Below are positions 28,533-37,588 of a DNA stretch of 64,000 nucleotides, one piece after another; the first letter of the stretch is position 1, and every line of letters begins with the position of its first letter. The notes under the pieces are model-generated. The model had not been told where the DNA came from, made no database searches, and saw nothing but the letters and a program-made list of their open reading frames with translations. The translations under genes and the position numbers were made by a program. The stretch lies in the NCBI GenBank assembly GCA_963710675.1, contig CAVQBE010000015.1, positions 82,487 through 146,486 on the forward strand, given 5' to 3'. Source of the DNA: an uncultured beta proteobacterium. GTDB lineage: Bacteria > Pseudomonadota > Gammaproteobacteria > Burkholderiales > Burkholderiaceae_F.

Positions 28533-29354
28533 TTGCTTAGCAGCGATCCACGGACGGCAGCGCTCGTTGCCCCAGATGCGGCGAAATGGTGCCGGACGCT
28601 GTTGTCGACCTGTGCCAACGATCGTCTGCTTGCCGCAAGTGCGGCCTGGCCGCTGACGCGTTGGATGTGGCGACGCTTAGAACGACTCGTGCAGCCAGGC
28701 ATCATCGCGCACTATTGGCACCGCAAGCATTGGATCGAAAAGCGCTGCCGCACAGCGATTGCCAACGGAACCCAACGTGTAGTTGTTGCTGGCGCCGGCT
28801 TCGATACTTTGGCATTGCGCCTCGCTACGCAATTTCCACAAGTCGAATTTGTTGAGATCGATCATCCGGCAACGCAACGCGAGAAGCGCGCGGCGATAGC
28901 GAGGAATGGCAACGGCCCTGCCGCAGGCGGCAATTTGAGCTTCATTTCCTCTGACTTCGGCATCGAACCAGTGCCGGTTAGCAGCTTCGATGATGGAACA
29001 ACGTCGCTGCTGATCATGGAAGGCCTGCTGATGTACCTGACGCCGCAGAAAGTCGATCAACTGTTTGCGGCACTGGGGCAATTTGCATCGCCGATCCAGG
29101 TCCTGTTCAGCTTCATGACGCAGTGGGACGACGGCAGTTGCGGCTTTCGCCCACGCAGCCGATGGGTTGAACGCTGGTTAGCTTCACGCGACGAGACATT
29201 CACGTGGTCGATCCGCTCTGCCACCCTGGAGTCCTACCTTCGAAACTTTGGTTTGTTGATAGAGCAACGGGCAACGACGCAAGACTTAGCCGCGCTTCAA
29301 GGCTCGATTAACTTGAACCTTAAGGGGGAGGAACTCGTGTTGTGTAGAAATTAA
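28533..29354 (+). CDS. class I SAM-dependent methyltransferase (LCMT / TIGR00027-like)
   Basis: VVVAGAGFDTLALRL SAM motif, EIDHPATQ and LIMEGLLMYL blocks. The TTG start is uncertain. Confidence 0.7.
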   Translation: MLSSDPRTAALVAPDAAKWCRTLLSTCANDRLLAASAAWPLTRWMWRRLERLVQPGIIAHYWHRKHWIEKRCRTAIANGTQRVVVAGAGFDTLALRLATQFPQVEFVEIDHPATQREKRAAIARNGNGPAAGGNLSFISSDFGIEPVPVSSFDDGTTSLLIMEGLLMYLTPQKVDQLFAALGQFASPIQVLFSFMTQWDDGSCGFRPRSRWVERWLASRDETFTWSIRSATLESYLRNFGLLIEQRATTQDLAALQGSINLNLKGEELVLCRN

Positions 29355-29563
29355 CTCGCGACACGGAATGACGCCCGCGGCGCGACCGTAACTTAGTCGA
29401 AAGACGCATACTTCTAGCGCCTACCTAAGGCACCAACGCCTCAATTGAGGCCGGCAACGGGCCGTTTTCTTCGGCTTTTCCCTAGCAGCGACGCGCGATG
29501 CTAGGGGCTGCCTCGCCGAGAGACTTCATCCCAGACGTCGGTGCGGCTCTAAGGACCGTAAAA

Positions 29564-31036
29564 ATGAAGCTCCTTCAGATGCTTCCTGTCTCCCCAAAAG
29601 CAGCGATCGTGGCAATCAGCCTTTTGGTACCTATGGCGGTTAACTACGATCTGATCTTTCAGATGTTCTTCGCTGCGCCTCAATCGACAACTGCAGGTGC
29701 AATCACGCCGGTTACTCAGAGTCCAGGGCAAAAACCAACTCAACCAGCCCTTGACGCTTTGGAGCGCTCTGCAGAGGGGGGAAATGTTGCAGATCAGTTG
29801 AAGCTGGCGGCCAAGTACTCGACCGGTGAAGGAGTCGTCAAGGACCAGGCAGAGGCTTCTCGTTGGTATCTACGGGCCGCCGAGGCCGGCGATGTGCAGG
29901 CAATGTTTGAAGTGAGTTTGCGCCACAGACATGGTTACGGCCTTGCGAAGAACACGGCCATTTCAAACGCATGGCGTCAGCGGGCTGCGAGCGGGGGTCA
30001 TCCTGAGGCCGCGTACGAAGTGGCTCGTACATATGGAACTATTGACCGCAGAGGGGCTGTCATCTCAAATGAAAGGGCCGTTGAAATTGCTGAAAGCTCG
30101 AAGCAGCTTGTGATGTGGCTCACTCGCGCGAGCGAATCGGGTTCTACAGTGGCTAAGCATGAGCTGGCAATGGTTCGCCTCTTCGGCATTTACAAAGATG
30201 GCGCGGTCAAGACCGACTATTTGGTCCCATTGCCAAGTGGCATGCGCTCAGCCCTACAACTATTGACAGAAAATGCAGAAGCCGGCTCTTGGCAGTCGCA
30301 ATATGCGTTGGCAGAGCTTTATCAGGTTGGCTACGGCGATATCCGTCCAGATTCAACTGAATCTAATAAGTGGTGGCAACGCCTAGACGCACAAGAGGAC
30401 GCCACGATCCAGTTGAGTGTTGGCAGATATTTTCTAGCCGGCGACCCGAAGCGATACGGGGTCGGCGACAAGAAGTGGATGGGCAAAGCCCTGTCTTATG
30501 ACGAAACCAACGGGCTCGCTTTCGAATGGTTTGGCCGTGCAGCCGCACAGCTAAACCCAGACGCAATCCGGGAGCTCGCTGCAATGAATTACAACGGCAT
30601 TGGAACTCCAAAGAATTTATCAAGGGCATTCCCGCTTTATCGGAAAGCTGCCGAACTTGGGCAAGTGGATGCCATGTATGAGCTCGGTATTGCCTACATT
30701 AATGGAATCGGCGTTGAAAGGGACTATTCAAGCGCGCTGCGTTGGCTCGGCCGGTCAGCTGCCTATGGAGACGCTTATGGCAGAAACCGTGTTCGCTCAA
30801 AGGCGCAGAACGCTATCGGCAGCATCTACGAGAATGGATATGGCGTTACCAGCGACTTGGCGCTCGCCTATGCCTGGTACTCGCTGGCGTCTGCTGGCAG
30901 CTCAGAAGAAGAAAGCAAAGATTTGCTTCGTGTGCAGCAGAAATTAACAGCTGATGAGCTAGTCCGGGCGCGCAGCATTGCCAGCGCGAGTACCAGCGCA
31001 TTCAGCCCAATGGGTTCCTACAATAAGGTGAACTAG
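29564..31036 (+). CDS. membrane-anchored Sel1-repeat (SLR/TPR-like) protein
   Basis: ATG 29564 follows AAGGA. N-terminal TM helix, then at least 8 Sel1-type units (e.g. LAAKYSTGEGVVKDQAEASRWYLRAAEAGDVQAM, AFPLYRKAAELGQVDAMYELGIAYINGIGVERDYSSALRWL). Lower-GC codon usage. Confidence 0.8.
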   Translation: MKLLQMLPVSPKAAIVAISLLVPMAVNYDLIFQMFFAAPQSTTAGAITPVTQSPGQKPTQPALDALERSAEGGNVADQLKLAAKYSTGEGVVKDQAEASRWYLRAAEAGDVQAMFEVSLRHRHGYGLAKNTAISNAWRQRAASGGHPEAAYEVARTYGTIDRRGAVISNERAVEIAESSKQLVMWLTRASESGSTVAKHELAMVRLFGIYKDGAVKTDYLVPLPSGMRSALQLLTENAEAGSWQSQYALAELYQVGYGDIRPDSTESNKWWQRLDAQEDATIQLSVGRYFLAGDPKRYGVGDKKWMGKALSYDETNGLAFEWFGRAAAQLNPDAIRELAAMNYNGIGTPKNLSRAFPLYRKAAELGQVDAMYELGIAYINGIGVERDYSSALRWLGRSAAYGDAYGRNRVRSKAQNAIGSIYENGYGVTSDLALAYAWYSLASAGSSEEESKDLLRVQQKLTADELVRARSIASASTSAFSPMGSYNKVN

Positions 31037-31138
31037 CGCCAGTCCAATTGAGAAAGCGCATCATCTCGGTGCGCGAGACTCAACGTTGTGGACTCGGCGC
31101 TACAGGCATTTGCGCGAGCAGATCGTAGTGCGCGGCAC

Positions 31139-31642
31139 TTAAGTCCCGACGCCGGTTCGAGTTCGGCCGCAACCTGCCGCGCCGCTATTCGAGTACTCCC
31201 ATGTAATTGCCGACGCACTTACTGTCGGCGTCATTGCGACGACGCAGCCCAGGGCAGTGTTTGCAGTGCCAGTGATTACGATCTCGGCAGGCGCGGCGCT
31301 GCCAACTGTGACCGGCATTGCCATATAAGGCGAATCGGCCGGACCTGGCGGCGTGTACCCTAACGGCAAGAAAGCATTCGCAATCAGAAAAGCGACGTCA
31401 TTGCAGGTGGTTGCGTTGACCGTATTGTTGTTGAACTGTGCACACTCCGCGATTGCCATCTTAAGCGTCGTCACTCGCACTATGTTGTCCGACCAACGCG
31501 CCCGAACGGCGTAGTTCACGTATTGCGGAATGGAGATTGACGTCAAGATGCTGATGATCGACATAACTATCATCAGCTCGATTAATGTATAGCCGTGCTC
31601 CAACCGGCTTTCAAACACAGGGCGGCAGACGCGCTTACTCAT
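31139..31642 (-). CDS. type IV pilin-like protein (prepilin N-terminal cleavage/methylation domain)
   Basis: Start at MSKRV (31642). Leader ends ...LEHG, followed by YTLIELMIVMSIISILTSISIPQY, which is the class III signal with Glu at +5. Four Cys in the C-terminal half. No pilus assembly genes nearby. Confidence 0.75.
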   Translation of the reverse strand: MSKRVCRPVFESRLEHGYTLIELMIVMSIISILTSISIPQYVNYAVRARWSDNIVRVTTLKMAIAECAQFNNNTVNATTCNDVAFLIANAFLPLGYTPPGPADSPYMAMPVTVGSAAPAEIVITGTANTALGCVVAMTPTVSASAITWEYSNSGAAGCGRTRTGVGT

Positions 31643-31792
31643 CCTGACAGCATATCGACAAAGCCGAATCAAATTTCACGGGTTAACGAGAAGAGAAGCG
31701 TCGATTTAGTGCCCCTTTACGACTAATCGCCTATTGGAGCCACGACCCGTTCTAGTTGCGGCCTCACTCGGTTGAGCGAATTGCCATTTCAA

Positions 31793-31868
31793 TGGCGTCC
31801 CCAAGGGGATTCGAACCCCTGTACTCACCGTGAAAGGGTGATGTCCTAGGCCTCTAGACGATGGGGAC
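31793..31868 (-). tRNA. tRNA-Glu (anticodon TTC)
   Basis: GTCCCCATCGTCTAGAGGCCTAGGACATCACCCTTTCACGGTGAGTACAGGGGTTCGAATCCCCTTGGGGACGCCA folds as a cloverleaf by hand, with anticodon loop CTTTCAC. Confidence 0.9.
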
Positions 31869-31880
31869 TTAGAACGTAAT

Positions 31881-31956
<76 letters not shown>

Positions 31957-32017
31957 ACACGCGAGGCGCGGATTATAGCCACGCCTCGCCCACCGTCGTT
32001 AGCCGGGAAGCTGGCGA

Positions 32018-32407
32018 TCAGTGCGATCGGGCGTAGTCGATCATTCCCTGGAAGTCGACAACGATTGCCGGCTCGTCGCCGACGACCCACGCATCGTGGC
32101 CCGATGGCAGCAGCGACACATCGCCAGGGCGGCAATCAAACTCGGTGCCGTCGTCCATCTTGATGCGCAACACGCCGGCAATGTGATACTGGAAGTGCGG
32201 CGCATCGCAGCTCTTGGTTTTGGCAATCGGCTGCACCGAAGTCGACCAGCGCCATCCCGGCTCGAAGATCGCACGGCCCACGGTTGCGCCGCCGATGTTG
32301 ATCAGCTCGACACGACCGCTGGGAAATTCGCGCACTTCGTCGGGGTGCGAGAAATTTTTCCACTCGGCCGTTTCGTCAAGCTGTTCAACTGCATGTGAAT
32401 GGTTCAT
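32018..32407 (-). CDS. cupin domain protein
   Basis: 129 aa, beta-rich. HFQYHIAGVLRIKMDDGTEFDCRPGDVSLLPSGHDAWV resembles a cupin core. ATGA overlap with the upstream gene. Confidence 0.7.
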   Translation of the reverse strand: MNHSHAVEQLDETAEWKNFSHPDEVREFPSGRVELINIGGATVGRAIFEPGWRWSTSVQPIAKTKSCDAPHFQYHIAGVLRIKMDDGTEFDCRPGDVSLLPSGHDAWVVGDEPAIVVDFQGMIDYARSH

Positions 32408-33027
32408 GGCTCCTCCTTGTGTACAACGGTCTGGGTTGGATCTGCTACCGGCAGAACATCGGCGAATGCTTCAAAGCGCTTCCAAGCTGGCTCCGGCGGT
32501 ACATAGCCGGCGCGTGGCACATAGGGCGACGCCTCGACCGTCTGCATTCGATGGATATAGCGCGGACAATTCGGAAAAATGTGTGTTGCACGCACGCGCA
32601 CGATCAACTGTGCGCCGGCGAATTGCTCGAGCAGCGGGTCATCGAGCTGGATAAAGCTGGTTCCATGCACGCGCAACCGGCGCGGCTTCTCGAAGTCGAT
32701 GAATAGCAGCGCAATCGCGGGGTTCACGAGCACATTGCCCAGGCTGCGGAACATGCCATTGCCGTCGTAGCTGGGAAACGCGACCTCGTTGACGTCGGTC
32801 AGTCTTACGAACCCCGCAGCACCGCCCTTGTAAGAGCAGTCCGGCCTGCCGTCGGTATCCGCGGTCGCAATGAAGAACAATGTTCGGCTCTCGATGAACG
32901 CTCGGTCCTCGTCGGTGAACTCGGTCCGAGACAGCTTGTCCACCAGACGGTCGGCAAGGCGCCGCGTATCGAACCGATCCTGCAGCCGGCGCATGCCTGT
33001 GTGGTACGCGTCTCCCGGCGCGACCAT
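32404..33027 (-). CDS. pyridoxamine 5'-phosphate oxidase family (FMN-binding split barrel) protein
   Basis: 207 aa. FFIATADTDGRPDCSYKGGAAGFVRL block is typical of PNPOx-like proteins. Confidence 0.75.
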   Translation of the reverse strand: MVAPGDAYHTGMRRLQDRFDTRRLADRLVDKLSRTEFTDEDRAFIESRTLFFIATADTDGRPDCSYKGGAAGFVRLTDVNEVAFPSYDGNGMFRSLGNVLVNPAIALLFIDFEKPRRLRVHGTSFIQLDDPLLEQFAGAQLIVRVRATHIFPNCPRYIHRMQTVEASPYVPRAGYVPPEPAWKRFEAFADVLPVADPTQTVVHKEEP

Positions 33028-33028
33028 T

Positions 33029-33409
33029 TCAGGCTACGTCCTCGTGCAGACAGAGGATGTTGCCCTCGGTGTCTTCGAACCATGCTGCCTTTTCCGAGCC
33101 GAGCACGCACACATGATCGATCGTTTTGAATCCCGGAAAGTCGTAATCAGCAAACTTGACGCCGCGCGACTTCAATGTAGTTATGGCGCCGCTGATGCTG
33201 TCGACCTTGAAGCTCAGGGCCGTGTGCTCGGCCTTTGTTCCTTCGGCCTTCGGAAACAATGCGACCTCAGTGCCGCCGCAGCGGTAGATGAACTTGCCGT
33301 CGGGCCGCAATCCCTGCGGCTCGAGGCCAAGTCGCTCTTCGTAGAACCGTCGCGCTCGCGGCAGATCCTTGACCGGCAACATGCACGTGACTTGCGATTG
33401 CGAAAGCAT
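33029..33409 (-). CDS. VOC/glyoxalase family protein
   Basis: Start at MLSQSQVTCMLPVKDLPRARRFYEERLGL (ATG 33409, GAGGAG 5 nt upstream). Glyoxalase-type beta-alpha-beta-beta-beta sequence. Confidence 0.8.
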   Translation of the reverse strand: MLSQSQVTCMLPVKDLPRARRFYEERLGLEPQGLRPDGKFIYRCGGTEVALFPKAEGTKAEHTALSFKVDSISGAITTLKSRGVKFADYDFPGFKTIDHVCVLGSEKAAWFEDTEGNILCLHEDVA

Positions 33410-33480
33410 ATGTGCTCCTCGTTCAATATGCGTCACGATGACGCACCGGCGACATGCCGGCTAGGCGCAGGATTGCGTAC

Positions 33481-34050
33481 TCACCTGAAAAGCTCCGCGA
33501 GCGAGCGATTAGCCGCCGCCTCGAAACGCGACACCTCGCCAAAAGAGCGCGCCAGCATCATCGCGCCTTCGAGCGAGCCGACCAGCGCGCGAGCGACTTC
33601 ATGCGCTGGGCCTGAAAACTTCAACTCACCCGCTTTCTGACCTTGCTTCAGCACCGCGGTCAGCCAGCGCTCGTTTTCGTCGAAGAAGTGTTTCATCTCA
33701 TCCTTCATCGGCTTCGGCAGTGTTGCGTATTCGGCGGCGAGCATCCCGCACAGACACATGCGGTTTTTGCGCAGCACGTCTGCATAAATCTCCGCGTATC
33801 GCTTCAGTTTCTCGCGCGCAGATGTACTGGTCCCGTCGATCGCGCCGAGAGCGGCCAGAAAGTTTTTTTCGTACCGCTCGATTAGGCGCTGACCCAGCTC
33901 TGCCTTGGCCGGAAAGTGATAGTGCAAGCTGGCCTTGGTGACGCCGAGCGTGGTCGCTATGTCGGCGTAGCTGAAGCCGTTAAAGCCGCGCGTCTGCACC
34001 AGGCGCTCGGCTGTATCCAATATCCGCTGCGACGTGTCTGCTCTAACCAC
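33481..34050 (-). CDS. TetR/AcrR family transcriptional regulator
   Basis: HTH region GFNGFSYADIATTLGVTKASLHYHFPAK. Length is 189 aa. Confidence 0.9.
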   Translation of the reverse strand: MVRADTSQRILDTAERLVQTRGFNGFSYADIATTLGVTKASLHYHFPAKAELGQRLIERYEKNFLAALGAIDGTSTSAREKLKRYAEIYADVLRKNRMCLCGMLAAEYATLPKPMKDEMKHFFDENERWLTAVLKQGQKAGELKFSGPAHEVARALVGSLEGAMMLARSFGEVSRFEAAANRSLAELFR

Positions 34051-34087
34051 CGATATCTCTCCTCGCAGCGTGAATATATCTGCTTAC

Positions 34088-34142
34088 CTACTAGTCAATA
34101 AGTTACTTACCACTTGGTAGAAAGTCAACAGTTGACTAGTAG
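34088..34142. promoter_or_regulatory. candidate TetR operator region (nested palindromes)
   Basis: CTACTAGTCAA (34088-34098) and TTGACTAGTAG (34132-34142) are perfect inverted repeats. Between them lie AGTCAAC-A-GTTGACT (34123-34137) and TACCA-CT-TGGTA (about 34106-34117). All sit 38-92 nt upstream of the TetR start. Confidence 0.5.
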
Positions 34143-34216
34143 CAGATCAGAGAAGTCATCGCTGCGGCGCCGCAACAAGTTGTAAACGCCGCAGCGCGGC
34201 GTGACCATGGGCAGGA

Positions 34217-34576
34217 TTACGTACGCGGGGGACTGGATGGGACTATTAGCGGACCGCTACGGATCTCGAGCGCGCGATCGATTCGATCGATCACCTTGTC
34301 GCGGCCGATAAGTTCGAGCACTGCATCAATCGACGGCGTTTGCGTTCGACCGGTGACTGCGACACGCAGCGGCCCGGCGACCTGCGGCATCTTGAGCTTC
34401 AGCTCGCTGACGATCTGCTTGATCGCGCCGTGTAGCGCGGTGCGCTCCCACGTGAGGCCAGACGCACGATCGAGGAAGGCTTGCACTGCTGCGCGGCCGA
34501 AGTCATTCAAATGCTCCGCCAACAAGCCGCGATCCATTTCAGGCTCGACGTAAAACAGCGAACGCTGCGTCGGCAA
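34217..34576 (-). CDS. gltX: glutamate--tRNA ligase, C-terminal fragment
   Basis: [35 protein letters not shown]...[30 protein letters not shown] is the GltX anticodon-binding end. Confidence 0.85.
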   Translation of the reverse strand: MPTQRSLFYVEPEMDRGLLAEHLNDFGRAAVQAFLDRASGLTWERTALHGAIKQIVSELKLKMPQVAGPLRVAVTGRTQTPSIDAVLELIGRDKVIDRIDRALEIRSGPLIVPSSPPRT

Positions 34577-35657
34577 GCTCGTTCAGCGTGCGCGATCGAT
34601 CCTTCAACAGCGCGATTACCTTTTGCAGGGCTGGGCCGACAGCAAGCGTGCCGCCGCGAGCTTCGATCCGCCCCGCAACGAGATCTGCCAGTCGACTATC
34701 GTCGGCTTCCTTGATGTACTCGCCATTGAGCCACATCAACTTGTCGAGGTTATATTGCGCGGGCGCTCGGTTGACGTGCTGCAAATCGAACCATTCAATC
34801 AGCTGCTCGCGCGTGAATTTTTCCTCGTCGCCATGGCTCCAGCCAAGGCGCGCCAGGTAATTGAATAATGCTTCCGGCAGAAAGCCGTCGTCATCGTATT
34901 GAAGGACACTGACTGCTCCATGGCGCTTCGATAACTTACTGCCGTCCGGCGCGAGAATCAGCGGAAGATGCCCGAACTGAGGAGCCATCATGCCGAGCGC
35001 GCGATATAAGTTGATCTGCCGCGGTGTGTTGTTGATGTGTTCTTCACCGCGGAGCACGTGCGAAATACGCATGTCGGCGTCATCGACAACCACAGCAAAG
35101 TTGTATGTCGGCATCCAGTCGCTGCGGGCGATCACCAGATCATCGAGCTCACGGTTGGAGATGCTGATCGGCCCCTTGACCAGATCATTCCACTGGACAT
35201 CGCCGTCGTCGGGGTTACGAAAGCGAAACACCGGCTGCACGTTTTCGGGCGGTGTATTGCCGCGCGCATTCTCGGGCCGCCACCGGCCGTCGTAGCGGGG
35301 CTTCTCGTTGCGTGCGATCTGCGCCTCGCGCAGCGCTTCGAGCTCGTCCTTGCTCGCGTAGCAGCGATACGCATGGCCGTCGGCCAGCATTTGCTCGAGT
35401 ACTTCACGGTAGCGCGCCAGACGCTCGGTCTGCCGTACCGGCCCTTCGTCGTAATCAAGCTCGAGCCAGCGCATGCTCTGAAGGATGACCTGCACCGCGT
35501 GTTCGGTAGAACGCTCGGCGTCGGTGTCTTCGATGCGCAAAATGAACTTGCCGCCGTGGTGGCGCGCAAACGCCCAGCAGAACAGCGCGGTGCGCGCGGT
35601 GCCTAGATGCAGCATGCCGGTCGGGCTCGGTGCGATCCGCGTTCTGACTTCGCTCAT
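34539..35657 (-). CDS. gltX: glutamate--tRNA ligase, N-terminal catalytic fragment (frameshifted gene)
   Basis: [26 protein letters not shown] (HIGH-type motif) and KLSKRHG (KMSKS-type). ATG at 35657. Frame is lost near 34556-34565. Confidence 0.9.
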   Translation of the reverse strand: MSEVRTRIAPSPTGMLHLGTARTALFCWAFARHHGGKFILRIEDTDAERSTEHAVQVILQSMRWLELDYDEGPVRQTERLARYREVLEQMLADGHAYRCYASKDELEALREAQIARNEKPRYDGRWRPENARGNTPPENVQPVFRFRNPDDGDVQWNDLVKGPISISNRELDDLVIARSDWMPTYNFAVVVDDADMRISHVLRGEEHINNTPRQINLYRALGMMAPQFGHLPLILAPDGSKLSKRHGAVSVLQYDDDGFLPEALFNYLARLGWSHGDEEKFTREQLIEWFDLQHVNRAPAQYNLDKLMWLNGEYIKEADDSRLADLVAGRIEARGGTLAVGPALQKVIALLKDRSRTLNELADAAFAVLRRA

Positions 35658-35678
35658 GCATGCATGGTAACTTGCCGC

Positions 35679-37211
35679 ATGGTCGACAAACTGATCGTCA
35701 CCAATCGCGCGGCGTTGCGCAGAAAGTACGGCGCGCGAGGTCTTGCCAAGGTGATGGCGGGCGTAAATGTGCTGATTGCAGCCGATCGCAGCAGAGGCCT
35801 CACAACACGCCTGATTGCTCTCGACAGCGCAGAGATGAAGCGCTATGGGCCACCGGTCACCGATGCATCTAGCGCGCGGCAGAACAAGCGTGCGATCGAC
35901 TCGCTTCATCGCGCGTTGCACCCGCACTATCTGTTGATTCTCGGATCGATCGACGTCGTCCCGCATCAGAATCCGAAGAACCCGGTATTCGTCGACGATC
36001 AGGAAGACGATCCGGTAGCGTGGGGTGATCTGCCGTATGCATGCGATGTGCCGTACTCGCGCGACATTGCAAAGTTCATCGGTCCCACGCGAGTGATTGG
36101 ACGCTTGCCGGATATGTCCGGAGCGAAGGAGCCGTCGCACCTGCTGGCGTGTCTCAACGTGGCAGCAACCTACAAGTCGCGGCCGCTCGCGCAGTATCTG
36201 AATTACTTTGCGCTGTCGGCGCAGGTGTGGGAACGGTCCACTGCGCTGTCGCTGGCCAATATTTTCGGTAGTGCGAGCGGGCTCCTGCTGGCACCGCCTA
36301 CGAGCAGCCGCAGTGCAAGCCGCAAGCTCGGCCCACGCAGCCATTTCATCAATTGCCATGGCGCACTTGCGGACCCGCGCTTTTACGGCGAGGACAGGCG
36401 TGGCATGCCTGTGGCTCTTGACTCGAAAGACTTACGCGGCCGTATTCGCGAAGGCACCGTCGCAGCGGTCGAGTGCTGTTATGGGGCGGAGCTGTATGAC
36501 TCTGTCGCACTCAACCTGCCCGCCTCCATTTGTCAGACGTATATGGCGCAGGGCGCGTACGGCTACTTCGGCAGTACAACGATTGCCTACGGGCCTGCGG
36601 AGGGCAACGGCGCCGCGGATTTGATCACGCAATTCTTCTTGCTCGAAGTGCAGGCCGGGAATTCTGTCGGCCTCGCGGCGCTGAAAGCGCAGCAGCGGTA
36701 CGTGGAACAAGCCAACGAGCTCGATCCGATTGATTTGAAGACGCTCGCACAGTTCTACTTGCTGGGCGATCCCAGCGTGCAACCCGTCAAGGTACCGTCT
36801 GCTACGCACTCACCGCCTTCGGCTTCCGTCGCTGTCGCAAAGCGCAGCGTACGGGCAGCCCGGCGCGCAAACACGGAGCGCGTCGGGGAGCTGCTGCAGG
36901 GCAAGCCCACTGCCGCGCATCCCGCAGCAGCGAAGCCATCGGCAAGCGTTCGCCGCGAGCTGAATCAGATCGCGCGGCAGGTTGGGGCTTTACCCGCAGC
37001 CAAGTTCACCGCTTTCGCCGTTGAATGCGCTCGTCGATCAGGGAGTGCGAAGCGCATCGTGCGCGGCACCAACGGTGTCGCGGCCAGATACCACCTGCTA
37101 GTAACGACCGCCGATCATCTAACCAAGGCTGACGTGGGCTCGCGCGTGGCGGTCATTGCTCGCGAGGCGAGCGAGCGCATCGTCGCTTACCGCGTCTATT
37201 ACCAGCGCTGA
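35679..37211 (+). CDS. cytoplasmic clan CD cysteine peptidase-like protein (gingipain C25 / caspase-like fold); function unknown
   Basis: 510 aa from ATG 35679 with no signal peptide. C25-like landmarks in order: [18 protein letters not shown], hydrophobic strand plus His-Gly (HFINCHG, His codon 36357-36359), about 39 residues later a hydrophobic strand plus Cys (VAAVECCYG, Cys codons 36474-36479), then [12 protein letters not shown] and [11 protein letters not shown]. Assigned from motif memory, not from a search. Confidence 0.6.
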   Translation: MVDKLIVTNRAALRRKYGARGLAKVMAGVNVLIAADRSRGLTTRLIALDSAEMKRYGPPVTDASSARQNKRAIDSLHRALHPHYLLILGSIDVVPHQNPKNPVFVDDQEDDPVAWGDLPYACDVPYSRDIAKFIGPTRVIGRLPDMSGAKEPSHLLACLNVAATYKSRPLAQYLNYFALSAQVWERSTALSLANIFGSASGLLLAPPTSSRSASRKLGPRSHFINCHGALADPRFYGEDRRGMPVALDSKDLRGRIREGTVAAVECCYGAELYDSVALNLPASICQTYMAQGAYGYFGSTTIAYGPAEGNGAADLITQFFLLEVQAGNSVGLAALKAQQRYVEQANELDPIDLKTLAQFYLLGDPSVQPVKVPSATHSPPSASVAVAKRSVRAARRANTERVGELLQGKPTAAHPAAAKPSASVRRELNQIARQVGALPAAKFTAFAVECARRSGSAKRIVRGTNGVAARYHLLVTTADHLTKADVGSRVAVIAREASERIVAYRVYYQR

Positions 37212-37507
37212 TGGTGACACGCAAAAAAACGCCCGGCGAGCACGGGATGAAGACCGAGCCCACGCGCGTTCATGCGCTTCGTGGCCGCGTCGCTGAAGGC
37301 CCGTTCGCACGCGGAAGCAAGAGTGAGCAGATTGCTGTTTTTCTGGAGACGGGTGCGGCACGTTACGTATTGCGCCGCCGCGACGGACCCGCGTTCGCCG
37401 ATCAAACGTTGCACGAGCTGGTCGGTTGCAACGTTGAATGCGACGGCATCGTCACGTCGTACGTGCTGATCGCCGATCGCATCCAGACCATCAGCGGGCC
37501 AGCCTAG
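37211..37507 (+). CDS. small hypothetical protein translationally coupled to the peptidase-like gene
   Basis: 98 aa. Its ATG shares one base with the upstream TGA (TGATG). No recognisable motif. The start could instead be Met13 (37247). Confidence 0.5.
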   Translation: MVTRKKTPGEHGMKTEPTRVHALRGRVAEGPFARGSKSEQIAVFLETGAARYVLRRRDGPAFADQTLHELVGCNVECDGIVTSYVLIADRIQTISGPA

Positions 37508-37588
37508 GACTTGTCGGCGCGCGGCAGATGATTCTGCGGATTTCCGTAGTGCCGATACGCGGATCTGTTCGCACCTGGAAGCGTGTAC

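Noticed and set aside
29355-29563. Direct repeat of the tRNA-Glu 3' end marking an integrative island boundary
   Set aside because: I looked for GGGGATTCGAA-like sequence at the distal edge of the low-GC islet and found none. No integrase gene is present either.
31643-31792. Sigma-54 promoter (TGGCAC-N5-TTGC) upstream of the pilin gene
   Set aside because: Two TGGC-containing sites were inspected (TGGCAATTCGCTCAA and TGGCTCCAATAGGCG). Neither has the GC of the -12 element at the correct spacing.
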